Shown here piece by piece: positions 23,596 through 33,949 of a DNA stretch of 64,000 nt. A model generated the notes under the pieces. It did no database searches. It was not told the origin of the DNA and saw only the letters and a program-made list of their open reading frames with translations. This DNA comes from Ranitomeya imitator (taxonomy: Eukaryota). The stretch lies in contig NC_091287.1 in the NCBI RefSeq assembly GCF_032444005.1, forward strand, positions 469,960,001 to 470,024,000, written 5' to 3'. The translations under genes and the position numbers were made by a program. The stretch's first letter is position 1. Every line of letters begins with the position of its first letter.

Positions 23596-25611
23596 AAACC
23601 AGGGATTCAAGCTTCAGGAGGCTAATTTGCATATTCCAGGTGCCTTCTGGGAGAAGCGAAGTCTCCCTAAGCTAGAAGATCGTTGGGTACAGCCGGGACC
23701 AGCTGCTTCGAAAGCATCACCAAACCAGGGATTCAAGCTTCAGGAGGCTAATTTGCATATTCCAGGTGCCTTCTGGGAGAAGCGAAGTCTCCCTAAGCTA
23801 GAAGATCGTTGGGTACAGCCGGGACCAGCTGCTTCGAAAGCATCACCAAACCAGGGATTCAAGCTTCAGGAGGCTAATTTGCATATTCCAGGTGCCTTCT
23901 GGGAGAAGCGAAGTCTCCCTAAGCTAGAAGATCGTTGGGTACAGCCGGGACCAGCTGCTTCGAAAGCATCACCAAACCAGGGATTCAAGCTTCAGGAGGC
24001 TAATTTGCATATTCCAGGTGCCTTCTGGGAGAAGCGAAGTCTCCCTAAGCTAGAAGATCGTTGGGTACAGCCGGGACCAGCTGCTTCGAAAGCATCACCA
24101 AACCAGGGATTCAAGCTTCAGGAGGCTAATTTGCATATTCCAGGTGCCTTCTGGGAGAAGCGAAGTCTCCCTAAGCTAGAAGATCGTTGGGTACAGCCGG
24201 GACCAGCTGCTTCGAAAGCATCACCAAACCAGGGATTCAAGCTTCAGGAGGCTAATTTGCATATTCCAGGTGCCTTCTGGGAGAAGCGAAGTCTCCCTAA
24301 GCTAGAAGATCGTTGGGTACAGCCGGGACCAGCTGCTTCGAAAGCATCACCAAACCAGGGATTCAAGCTTCAGGAGGCTAATTTGCATATTCCAGGTGCC
24401 TTCTGGGAGAAGCGAAGTCTCCCTAAGCTAGAAGATCGTTGGGTACAGCCGGGACCAGCTGCTTCGAAAGCATCACCAAACCAGGGATTCAAGCTTCAGG
24501 AGGCTAATTTGCATATTCCAGGTGCCTTCTGGGAGAAGCGAAGTCTCCCTAAGCTAGAAGATCGTTGGATACAGCCGGGACCAGCTGCTTCGAAAGCATC
24601 ACCAAACCAGGGATTCAAGCTTCAGGAGGCTAATTTGCATATTCCAGGTGCCTTCTGGGAGAAGCGAAGTCTCCCTAAGCTAGAAGATCGTTGGGTACAG
24701 CCGGGACCAGCTGCTTCGAAAGCATCACCAAACCAGGGATTCAAGCTTCAGGAGGCTAATTTGCATATTCCAGGTGCCTTCTGGGAGAAGCGAAGTCTCC
24801 CTAAGCTAGAAGATCGTTGGGTACAGCCGGGACCAGCTGCTTCGAAAGCATCACCAAACCAGGGATTCAAGCTTCAGGAGGCTAATTTGCATATTCCAGG
24901 TGCCTTCTGGGAGAAGCGAAGTCTCCCTAAGCTAGAAGATCGTTGGATACAGCCGGGACCAGCTGCTTCGAAAGCATCACCAAACCAGGGATTCAAGCTT
25001 CAGGAGGCTAATTTGCATATTCCAGGTGCCTTCTGGGAGAAGCGAAGTCTCCCTAAGCTAGAAGATCGTTGGGTACAGCCGGGACCAGCTGCTTCGAAAG
25101 CATCACCAAACCAGGGATTCAAGCTTCAGGAGGCTAATTTGCATATTCCAGGTGCCTTCTGGGAGAAGCGAAGTCTCCCTAAGCTAGAAGATCGTTGGGT
25201 ACAGCCGGGACCAGCTGCTTCGAAAGCATCACCAAACCAGGGATTCAAGCTTCAGGAGGCTAATTTGCATATTCCAGGTGCCTTCTGGGAGAAGCGAAGT
25301 CTCCCTAAGCTAGAAGATCGTTGGATACAGCCGGGACCAGCTGCTTCGAAAGCATCACCAAACCAGGGATTCAAGCTTCAGGAGGCTAATTTGCATATTC
25401 CAGGTGCCTTCTGGGAGAAGCGAAGTCTCCCTAAGCTAGAAGATCGTTGGGTACAGCCGGGACCAGCTGCTTCGAAAGCATCACCAAACCAGGGATTCAA
25501 GCTTCAGGAGGCTAATTTGCATATTCCAGGTGCCTTCTGGGAGAAGCGAAGTCTCCCTAAGCTAGAAGATCGTTGGGTACAGCCGGGACCAGCTGCTTCG
25601 AAAGCATCACC
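23596..25611 (+). promoter_or_regulatory. 16 x 126-bp tandem monomers at the CR1 5' end, each with octamer, SPH/ZNF143-like and PSE-like motifs
   Basis: Period 126 (23596, 23722 ... 25612); ATTTGCAT at unit 30-37; CTCCCAGAAGGCAC on the minus strand at ~45-58; TCTCCCTAAGCTAGAAG at 67-83. The repeat itself is certain; promoter function is inferred. Confidence 0.7.
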
Positions 25612-25731
25612 AAACCGCGCGCCTTACGGCGCGCGAATTTTTGCCTGTAGGACATTATTGCAAGAGAGCTTGGCTGAGTAGATTACACAAGAAGGAAAAC
25701 ACACAGCAAGTCAGCAGGATCTAGGAGCAAC

Positions 25732-26685
25732 ATGGCAGATGTGACAACCTACATGGTGAGCTGCAGCATGTGCTACATGTTCACAGATCGACCAGAAGAA
25801 GAATCCAATTTCACCTGTCAGAAGTGTAGACTAGTGGCCCTTTTAGAAGAAAAGGTGCGGGGTCTGGAAGAAAGAATAGCAACTTTGAAACTCATCAAAG
25901 AGAATGAAGACTTTCTAGACAGAACAGAAGCATCTCTACTGGTCACAGAAGGTGAAAAAAGTGTCAGAGAACCTCCAAAAGCAGATGAGTGGAAGCATGT
26001 GACCAAAAGAAGCAAGAAGACCATGGAGAAATCACCAACCACACAACTGAAGAACCGATATCAAATCTTTGTAGAGGATGAAGATGGCACACCTAAGAAT
26101 GAAGCAATACCAGCAAGCAAAAAAGAAAAGGGCACACAGCAACAAGTGACAGCAAAAAGTACAGCCAAGAAGCAACGAAGAGTGGTGGTGGTGGGAGACT
26201 CACTACTGAGAGGCACAGAAGCAGCCATCTGCAGACCGGACATAACTGCAAGAGAAGTATGCTGCCTTCCAGGTGCGATGATCAAGGATGTGACCGATAG
26301 GATACCAAAGCTCTTCAGCTCCAAGGACGTCCACCCATTTCTTCTGATACATGTTGGCACCAATGACACGGCAAGGAAGGACCTACCGACAATCTGCAAG
26401 GACTTTGAAGAGTTGGGGAAGAAAGTAAAGGAACTGGATGCACAGGTAGTTTTTTCTTCTATCCTTCCAGTAGACGGGCATGGTACCAGGAGATGGAACA
26501 GGATCCTTGATGCAAACAACTGGCTAAGACGATGGTGCAGACAACAAGGATTCGGATTCCTGGACCACGGTGTGAATTACTGGTATGATGGACTCCTCGC
26601 CAGAGACGGACTACACCTCAACAAACCTGGGAAACACACATTCGCCAGAAGACTCGCTACACTCATCAGGAGGGCGTTAAACTAG
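25732..26685 (+). CDS. CR1 ORF1: Cys-rich motif, coiled coil, SGNH/GDSL esterase
   Basis: CSMC..CQKC, LEEKVRGLEERIATL, GDSLLRG, HVGTND, DGLHLN. Confidence 0.9.
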   Translation: MADVTTYMVSCSMCYMFTDRPEEESNFTCQKCRLVALLEEKVRGLEERIATLKLIKENEDFLDRTEASLLVTEGEKSVREPPKADEWKHVTKRSKKTMEKSPTTQLKNRYQIFVEDEDGTPKNEAIPASKKEKGTQQQVTAKSTAKKQRRVVVVGDSLLRGTEAAICRPDITAREVCCLPGAMIKDVTDRIPKLFSSKDVHPFLLIHVGTNDTARKDLPTICKDFEELGKKVKELDAQVVFSSILPVDGHGTRRWNRILDANNWLRRWCRQQGFGFLDHGVNYWYDGLLARDGLHLNKPGKHTFARRLATLIRRALN

Positions 26686-26822
26686 AAGAAGAGGGGACGG
26701 GAAGAAAAACATTAGACTCGAACAAAGACGACCCAGGAAAACATACTCTGAAGGGAGGTAAGAACATTTCTAAAACAATCCACAGTGAGGAGATTGGAAC
26801 AAAACAAAATCCTCTAAACTGC

Positions 26823-29603
26823 ATGCTCGCAAACGCCAGAAGCCTGACAAACAAGATGGAAGAACTAGAAGCAGAAATATCTACAGGTAACTTTGACATA
26901 GTGGGAATAACCGAGACATGGTTAGATGAAAGCTATGACTGGGCAGTCAACTTACAGGGTTACAGTCTGTTTAGAAAGGATCGTAAAAATCGGAGAGGAG
27001 GAGGGGTTTGTCTCTATGTAAAGTCTTGTCTAAAGTCCACTTTAAGGGAGGATATTAGCGAAGGGAATGAGGATGTCGAGTCCATATGGGTTGAAATTCA
27101 TGGAGGGAAAAATGGTAACAAAATTCTCATTGGGGTCTGTTACAAACCCCCAAATATAACAGAAAGCATGGAAAGTCTACTTCTAAAGCAGATAGATGAA
27201 GCTGCAACCCATAATGAGGTCCTGGTTATGGGGGACTTTAACTACCCGGATATTAACTGGGAAACAGAAACCTGTGAAACCCATAAAGGCAACAGGTTTC
27301 TGCTAATAACCAAGAAAAATTATCTTTCACAATTGGTGCAGAATCCAACCAGAGGAGCAGCACTTTTAGACCTAATACTATCTAATAGACCTGACAGAAT
27401 AACAAATCTGCAGGTGGTCGGGCATTTAGGAAATAGCGACCACAATATTGTGCAGTTTCACCTGTCTTTCACTAGGGGGACTTGTCAGGGAGTCACAAAA
27501 ACATTGAACTTTAGGAAGGCAAAGTTTGAACAGCTTAGAGATGCCCTTAATCTGGTAGACTGGGACAATATCCTCAGAAATAAGAATACAGATAATAAAT
27601 GGGAAATGTTTAAGAACATCCTAAATAGGCAGTGTAAGCGGTTTATACCTTGTGGGAATAAAAGGACTAGAAATAGGAAAAACCCAATGTGGCTAAACAA
27701 AGAAGTAAGACAGGCAATTAACAGTAAAAAGAAAGCATTTGCACTACTAAAGCAGGATGGCACCATTGAAGCTCTAAAAAACTATAGGGAGAAAAATACT
27801 TTATCTAAAAAACTAATTAAAGCTGCCAAAAAGGAAACAGAGAAGCACATTGCTAAGGAGAGTAAAACTAATCCCAAACTGTTCTTCAACTATATCAATA
27901 GTAAAAGAATAAAAACTGAAAATGTAGGCCCCTTAAAAAATAGTGAGGAAAGAATGGTTGTAGATGACGAGGAAAAAGCTAACATATTAAACACCTTCTT
28001 CTCCACGGTATTCACGGTGGAAAATGAAATGCTAGGTGAAATCCCAAGAAACAATGAAAACCCTATATTAAGGGTCACCAATCTAACCCAAGAAGAGGTG
28101 CGAAACCGGCTAAATAAGATTAAAATAGATAAATCTCCGGGGCCGGATGGCATACACCCACGATAACTAAGAGAACTAAGTAATGTAATAGATAAACCAT
28201 TATTTCTTATTTTTAGTGACTCTATAGCGACAGGGTCTGTTCCGCAGGATTGGCGCATAGCAAATGTGGTGCCAATATTCAAAAAGGGCTCTAAAAGTGA
28301 ACCTGGAAATTATAGGCCAGTAAGTCTAACCTCTATTGTTGGTAAAATATTTGAAGGGTTTCTGAGGGATGTTATTCTGGATTATCTCAATGAGAATAAC
28401 TGTTTAACTCCATATCAGCATGGGTTTATGAGAAATCGCTCCTGTCAAACCAATCTAATTAGTTTTTATGAAGAGGTAAGCTATAGGCTGGACCACGGTG
28501 AGTCATTGGACGTGGTATATCTCGATTTTTCCAAAGCGTTTGATACCGTGCCGCACAAGAGGTTGGCACACAAAATGAGAATGCTTGGTCTGGGGGAACA
28601 TGTGTGTAAATGGGTTAGTAACTGGCTTAGTGATAGAAAGCAGAGGGTGGTTATAAATGGTATAGTCTCTAACTGGGTCGCTGTGACCAGTGGGGTACCG
28701 CAGGGGTCAGTATTGGGACCTGTTCTCTTCAACATATTCATTAATGATCTGGTAAAAGGTTTACACAGTAAAATATCGATATTTGCAGATGATACAAAAC
28801 TATGTAAAGCAGTTAATACAAGAGAAGATAGTATTCTGCTACAGATGGATCTGGATAAGTTGGAAACTTGGGCTGAAAGGTGGCAGATGAGGTTTAACAA
28901 TGATAAATGTAAGGTTATACACATGGGAAGAGGGAATCAATATCACCATTACACACTGAACGGGAAACCACTGGGTAAATCTGACAGGGAGAAGGACTTG
29001 GGGATCCTAGTTAATGATAAACTTACCTGGAGCAGCCAGTGCCAGGCAGCAGCTGCCAAGGCAAACAGGATCATGGGGTGCATTAAAAGAGGTCTGGATA
29101 CACATGATGAGAGCATTATACTGCCTCTGTACAAATCCCTAGTTAGACCGCACATGGAGTACTGTGTCCAGTTTTGGGCACCGGTGCTCAGGAAGGATAT
29201 AATGGAACTAGAGAGAGTACAAAGGAGGGCAACAAAATTAATAAAGGGGATGGGAGAACTACAATACCCAGATAGATTAGCGAAATTAGGATTATTTAGT
29301 CTAGAAAAAAGACGACTGAGGGGCGATCTAATAACCATGTATAAGTATATAAGGGGACAATACAAATATCTCGCTGAGGATCTGTTTATACCAAGGAAGG
29401 TGACGGGCACAAGGGGGCATTCTTTGCGTCTGGAGGAGAGAAGGTTTTTCCACCAACATAGAAGAGGATTCTTTACTGTTAGGGCAGTGAGAATCTGGAA
29501 TTGCTTGCCTGAGGAGGTGGTGATGGCGAACTCAGTCGAGGGGTTCAAGAGAGGCCTGGATGTCTTCCTGGAGCAGAACAATATTGTATCATACAATTAT
29601 TAG
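26823..29603 (+). pseudogene. CR1 ORF2 (APE endonuclease + RT) with one in-frame stop at 28164-28166
   Basis: GITETW, GDFNYP, SDHN; QHGF, YLDFSKAFD, GVPQGSVLGP, FADD; the two track ORFs share a frame. Confidence 0.92.
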
Positions 29604-29762
29604 GTTCTGTAGAAGGACGTAGATCTGGGTATTTATTATGATGGAATATAGGCTGAACTGGATGGACAAATGTCTTTTTTCGGCCTTACTAACTATGTTA
29701 CTATGTTACTATGTTACTCGTAATTGATCCAGATTTGAACAAGACCATAATATAAACCATGA

Positions 29763-30240
29763 TTAACAATAGACCTCATATTCCCTGTTTAAACCATGCG
29801 GGGCCAAAGTTTGCAATGTATAAATCCAAAAGGACTCCCGCTCCTTCAGTCTCTTAATTCTGTCTCCTCCCCTCCTCAAAACCCGTACGTGGTCTATTAC
29901 TTGGAACCTCAATTGGGCCACATTATGATTGTTTTGTAGAAAATGAGCCGGAATAGGTAGAAGGGTCCTGCCACATCTAATGGTGGATTTGTGTTTAGAA
30001 ATGCGGTCTCGGATATGTTGGGTAGTCTCTCCAACATATCCGAGACCGCAAGGACACTTTATCAAATATACCACGAAGGATGAGTTACCGTTGAACTGTC
30101 CCTTGATGGGAAATCTCTTTCCCGACTGTGGGTGTGTGAAGGAGTCACCCTTAAGTACATTAGAGCACTGTTGACAATTCAAACATGGAAATGTGCCATT
30201 GCGAGGAGAAGTCAAGACTCCCTGTGTGAGGCCCCTCTTA
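29763..30240 (-). CDS. Penelope GIY-YIG endonuclease domain (C-terminal part of RT-EN ORF)
   Basis: CLNCQQC, VVYLIKCPCGLGYVGET, RISKH, ERESFWI, GLN; in frame with RT once the MITE and one TAA are removed (GLSKRGLTQGVLTSPRNG). Confidence 0.9.
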
Positions 30241-30953
30241 AGGTACCGTCACACTAAGCGACGCTGCAGCGATACCGACAACGATCCGGATCGCTGCAGC
30301 GTCGCTGTTTGGTCGCTGGAGAGCTGTCACACAGACAGCTCTCCAGCGACCAACGATCCCGAGGTCCCCGGTAACCAGGGTAAACATCGGGTTACTAAGC
30401 GCAGGGCCGCGCTTAGTAACCCGATGTTTACCCTGGTTACCATCCTAAAAGTAAAAAAACAAACGCTTCATACTTACCTACCGCTGTCTGTCCTCGGCGC
30501 TCTGCTTCTCTGGTCTGGCTGTGAGCGCCGGGCAGCCGGAAAGCAGAGCGATGATGTCACCGCTCTGCTTTCCGGCCGCTGTGCTCACAGCCAGACCAGA
30601 GAAGCAGAGCGCCGAGGACAGACAGCGGTAGGTAAGTATGTAGCGGTTGTTATTTTTACTTTAACGATGGTAACCAGGGTAAACATCGGGTTACTAAGCG
30701 CGGCCCTGCGCTTAGTAACCCGATGTTTACCCTGGTTACCAGCAAAGACATCGCTGAATCGGTGTCACACACGCCGATTCAGCGATGTCTACGGGGAGTC
30801 CAGCGACGAAACAAAGTTCTGGACTTTCTTCCCCGACCAGCGACAGCACAGCAGGGGCCTGATCGCTGCTGCCTGTCACACTGGACGATATTACTAGCGA
30901 GGACGCTGCAACGTCACGGATCGCTAGCGATATCGTCTAGTGTGACGGTACCT
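30241..30953. mobile_element. Harbinger-like MITE interrupting the Penelope RT-EN ORF
   Basis: TIRs AGGTACCGTCACACT / AGTGTGACGGTACCT; TTA TSD at 30238-30240 and 30954-30956. Confidence 0.9.
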
Positions 30954-32848
30954 TTACTCAGGCCTACATCAGCCCTGATTAAATGATCTTTAATATTAGA
31001 GCAATGTTTACTACAAATTATAGGTTTGGAAACAAATTCCTTGACCTGCGGGTATACTTTCTTTAAAATATCCCAGTGTTGAAGGATACATTTGTTAATG
31101 AGATGGTTCAAAGGATGAAATGTGCTAACAAAAGCCATCCTAGGGGTCTTAGAGCATATGTCAGGTCTGGTTGCGTCTCTGTGAAATCTAAGAACATGTT
31201 CCGGGTACCCCCTATTACGAAATTTCTCATTCATTTCTTGATGTCGGATACGACTAATCTCGGAATTGGACACAATCCTATCAATCCTGACATGTTGGGA
31301 TTTCGGAAGAGCTCTTTTTATATGATGTGGATGACAGCTGTCATATTTCAAGAGACTGTTCCTATCTGTGGGCTTCACAAACAGATCCGTCTCAACCTCT
31401 CTATGTTCATTAATAATGACTCTAGTGTCCAAAAAACTCATGGAAACTGGATCGTGAGATAAAGAAAAAGTAAGGCCCGGTAAACTAGAGTTGAGGTCTA
31501 TATGAAAGTTACAAAGGGTTTGTATATCGCCAGTCCATATGATGAAAATGTCGTCTATATACCGACGCCAGTAGATCACGGAAGACGTAAAACTGGGATG
31601 TGTATAGACATATGTAATTTCGAAATTATCCATAAAAATATTTGCATATGGGGGTGCCATGTTGGACCCCATGGCAGTCCCCTTCCTCTGTATAAAAAAC
31701 TGGTCATCAAAAATGAAAAAATTACGAGTCATTACTAGCGTGAGTAGATCCTTACAAAATTTTTGTTGTTGAATGGAGAAGTTTGTATGAGAGGCTAAGA
31801 AGGACATAACTGACCTAATGCCATCCTCGTGTCTTATGCTTGTATATAGGCTATTGACATCCATAGAAACTAACAGACAGTCAGTTGGAAGTCTTCCTAC
31901 GTTTTTAAGAGATGTTAAAAAGTCGGTTGTGTCCTTGAGGTAGGACCTGATCTTTGGTACCAGGGGGGATAGAATTTTGTCTAACGTGATGGCTAGAGGA
32001 GATAACAAGGATTCCGTGGATGCGACTATGGGACGCCCTGGGGGCCTCACAGGGTGTTTATGAATTTTGGGGAGTGTGTAGAACACTGATATAACAGGAT
32101 GTTGCTTTATTAAAAATTCTCCCAATTTCGTATCAATAATGCCCGTTGTAGTGTAATAAGTCACCAGATCTCTAATTTCTCTACTGATCTCAAAAGTGGG
32201 GTTACTGCCAATGGCTTGATACGTCTCCTTGTCTCCAAGTTGTGTCCTAATCTCTTGCATATAGTAGTCCCGGTCTAATACTACAATTGAACCCCCCTTG
32301 TCCGCCGGTTTTATTATAATTTGTTTATTATCTCTTAATGTTAACAAAGCCCTCTTCTCCTCAACAGAAAGATTATGTCTCACATGGTGATTACCCTTCT
32401 CAATGGATTCTAAAACTTTTTTGACGTCATTCTTTACCAACTCTATATATGTTTCAACCGGATGGTAGATATGAGGGGGTTGAAAAGAACTGTGAGTTCG
32501 CAAATCTAAAGATTTTAAAGTGAATCCCAAACCAATAGTCTCAGATACAGGAGGAATATCTGTTAATGTTTTAGAAAAATGCGCTTTCAATCTTATGTTC
32601 CTGAAAAAACGGTACAATTCTTGATCCAACTGGAACGAGTTGAATTGTGGGACCGGACAGAAGCTAAGTCCTTTTTGCAAGACAGTCAGTTCTGCGGGGG
32701 ATAAACATTGTGACGAGATGTTGTATACGATGTTGTTGGGAATGTCCGTACCTGGGATCTGGTCGCCATCCGGCGTTGTTCTGATCCGTGTCCGTCGCCC
32801 CCTCCTCGGTTTCCTTTGTGGCCTTGGCCCGGACGTTGTTCTAAAAAA
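30954..32848 (-). CDS. Penelope reverse transcriptase
   Basis: KGLSFCP, PADKGG, LPKIHK..PPGRPIV, MDVNSLYT, GTAMGS, RYIDD, FLD; no stops. Confidence 0.92.
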
Positions 32849-33289
32849 GAAGAGCGTGCTGAACCAAAGTCGCTTTCTGAACTGGTGGAGAATGGACTGT
32901 AGTCTCTTCTCGTTGGTCTCCGATTTCTGGAGTAGGTGGTGGACTGCCATTTATATACTTGGTTATTTCTATAGTCCTCGGTGTCGCGCAAAAATTTATT
33001 ACGCTTCCTGATCTGCAAACTATCGCGTAAATCAGAGACTGTCTTGTCCACTTTGTCCTTCAACCCTTTGAAGTCCTCTGGTGAAGATGTACTCCTAAGC
33101 TGTTGCTCCGTAGATGAGATCCTGCTTTTCAATTCCACAATCTCCTTCTGTAAAAAATCAATGGTTAATATCATTAAGTCCATAGAACATTTGTTGAGAA
33201 TTGACTCAAATTTACCACAATACTCAATGTTATCTTGAAACAGTGTAGGTCTCAATGGAACCCTGAGGCCTCTGGGTATGCGCTGGACC
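32686..33289 (-). CDS. Penelope ORF1, C-terminal part
   Basis: VQRIPRGLRV..., coiled coil, KRNKFLRD; continues the 44500-44681 piece across the hAT insertion. Confidence 0.8.
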
Positions 33290-33949
33290 CAGTGTCGGAC
33301 TGGCCCACCGGGAGATCGGAGAATCCTCCGGTGGGCCCTCCCCCTCACCAGACTCCTGCTCTGTCATGTATTATGATTGCATGCACCCAGCAGTGAGTGT
33401 TATTCCATAACGTGGTGCCGGCTGCCTGCACCGCTCAGTAACATGTGATGTGAGGTGAGAGCTTTCTCTTCACCTGCTGCGGCTTCTATTGATGTCTTGG
33501 CGCCGCTCTCTCAGCTGCGCAAGTGCTCATGAGATCAATAGAAGCGGCAGCAGCAGGTGATAGAAAGCTCTCACCTCACATCATATGTTACTGAGGAGCA
33601 GTGCAGGCGGCCGGCACCGGGTATAGAATAACCCGCACAGCGCCACGCACAGCACAGAGCCACAGGATGTGACACACTGCACACAGTGTCTAGAACGGAG
33701 TTGATTTTTTGAGGGCATGATGTCACTGGAAGGGGCGGGGCCTCCATCAGACCAGTGACCTGATAGCAGGAAGCAGCGCTGTGCCGACTGAGGCTGCTGG
33801 AGCCCTGTAAGTAGAGGACCGAGGGGGCTGCACTATGGAACTGTGGGAGGAGAGGAATGAGGGTCTGCACAATGGATCCTTGCACAGACAGGAATGAAGA
33901 CCCAGGACTCAGTGTGAGTGGTCAGAGGATGAATTTATTTGATGTAACT

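Larger units (their letters stand above)
23578..29718 (+). mobile_element. Full-length CR1 LINE inserted in the Penelope 3' region
   Basis: 5' monomer array, esterase ORF1, APE-RT ORF2, (ACTATGTT)n tail at 29692-29718; no TSD seen. Confidence 0.93.

Noticed and set aside
23704-23716. tRNA B-box-like CTTCGAAAGC in the 126-bp monomer (Pol III internal promoter)
   Set aside because: Lacks the leading G of the consensus and no convincing A-box at proper spacing; the PSE model fits the 5' end better.
23627-25681. 684-aa ORF of 42-aa repeats
   Set aside because: By-product of a stop-free 126-bp monomer; non-ATG start, and it is not joined to ORF1. Treated as a regulatory array, not a protein.
28481-29596. 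Antisense ORFs over CR1, Gypsy and DIRS coding regions
   Set aside because: Typical shadow frames of RT genes with no independent motifs.
32690-32748. CAG|GTACGG...CCCCGCAG as an intron joining Penelope ORF1 to RT
   Set aside because: Removal keeps the ORF1 frame and meets TGA at once, so it does not make the fusion; the -1 slippery site explains the overlap better.
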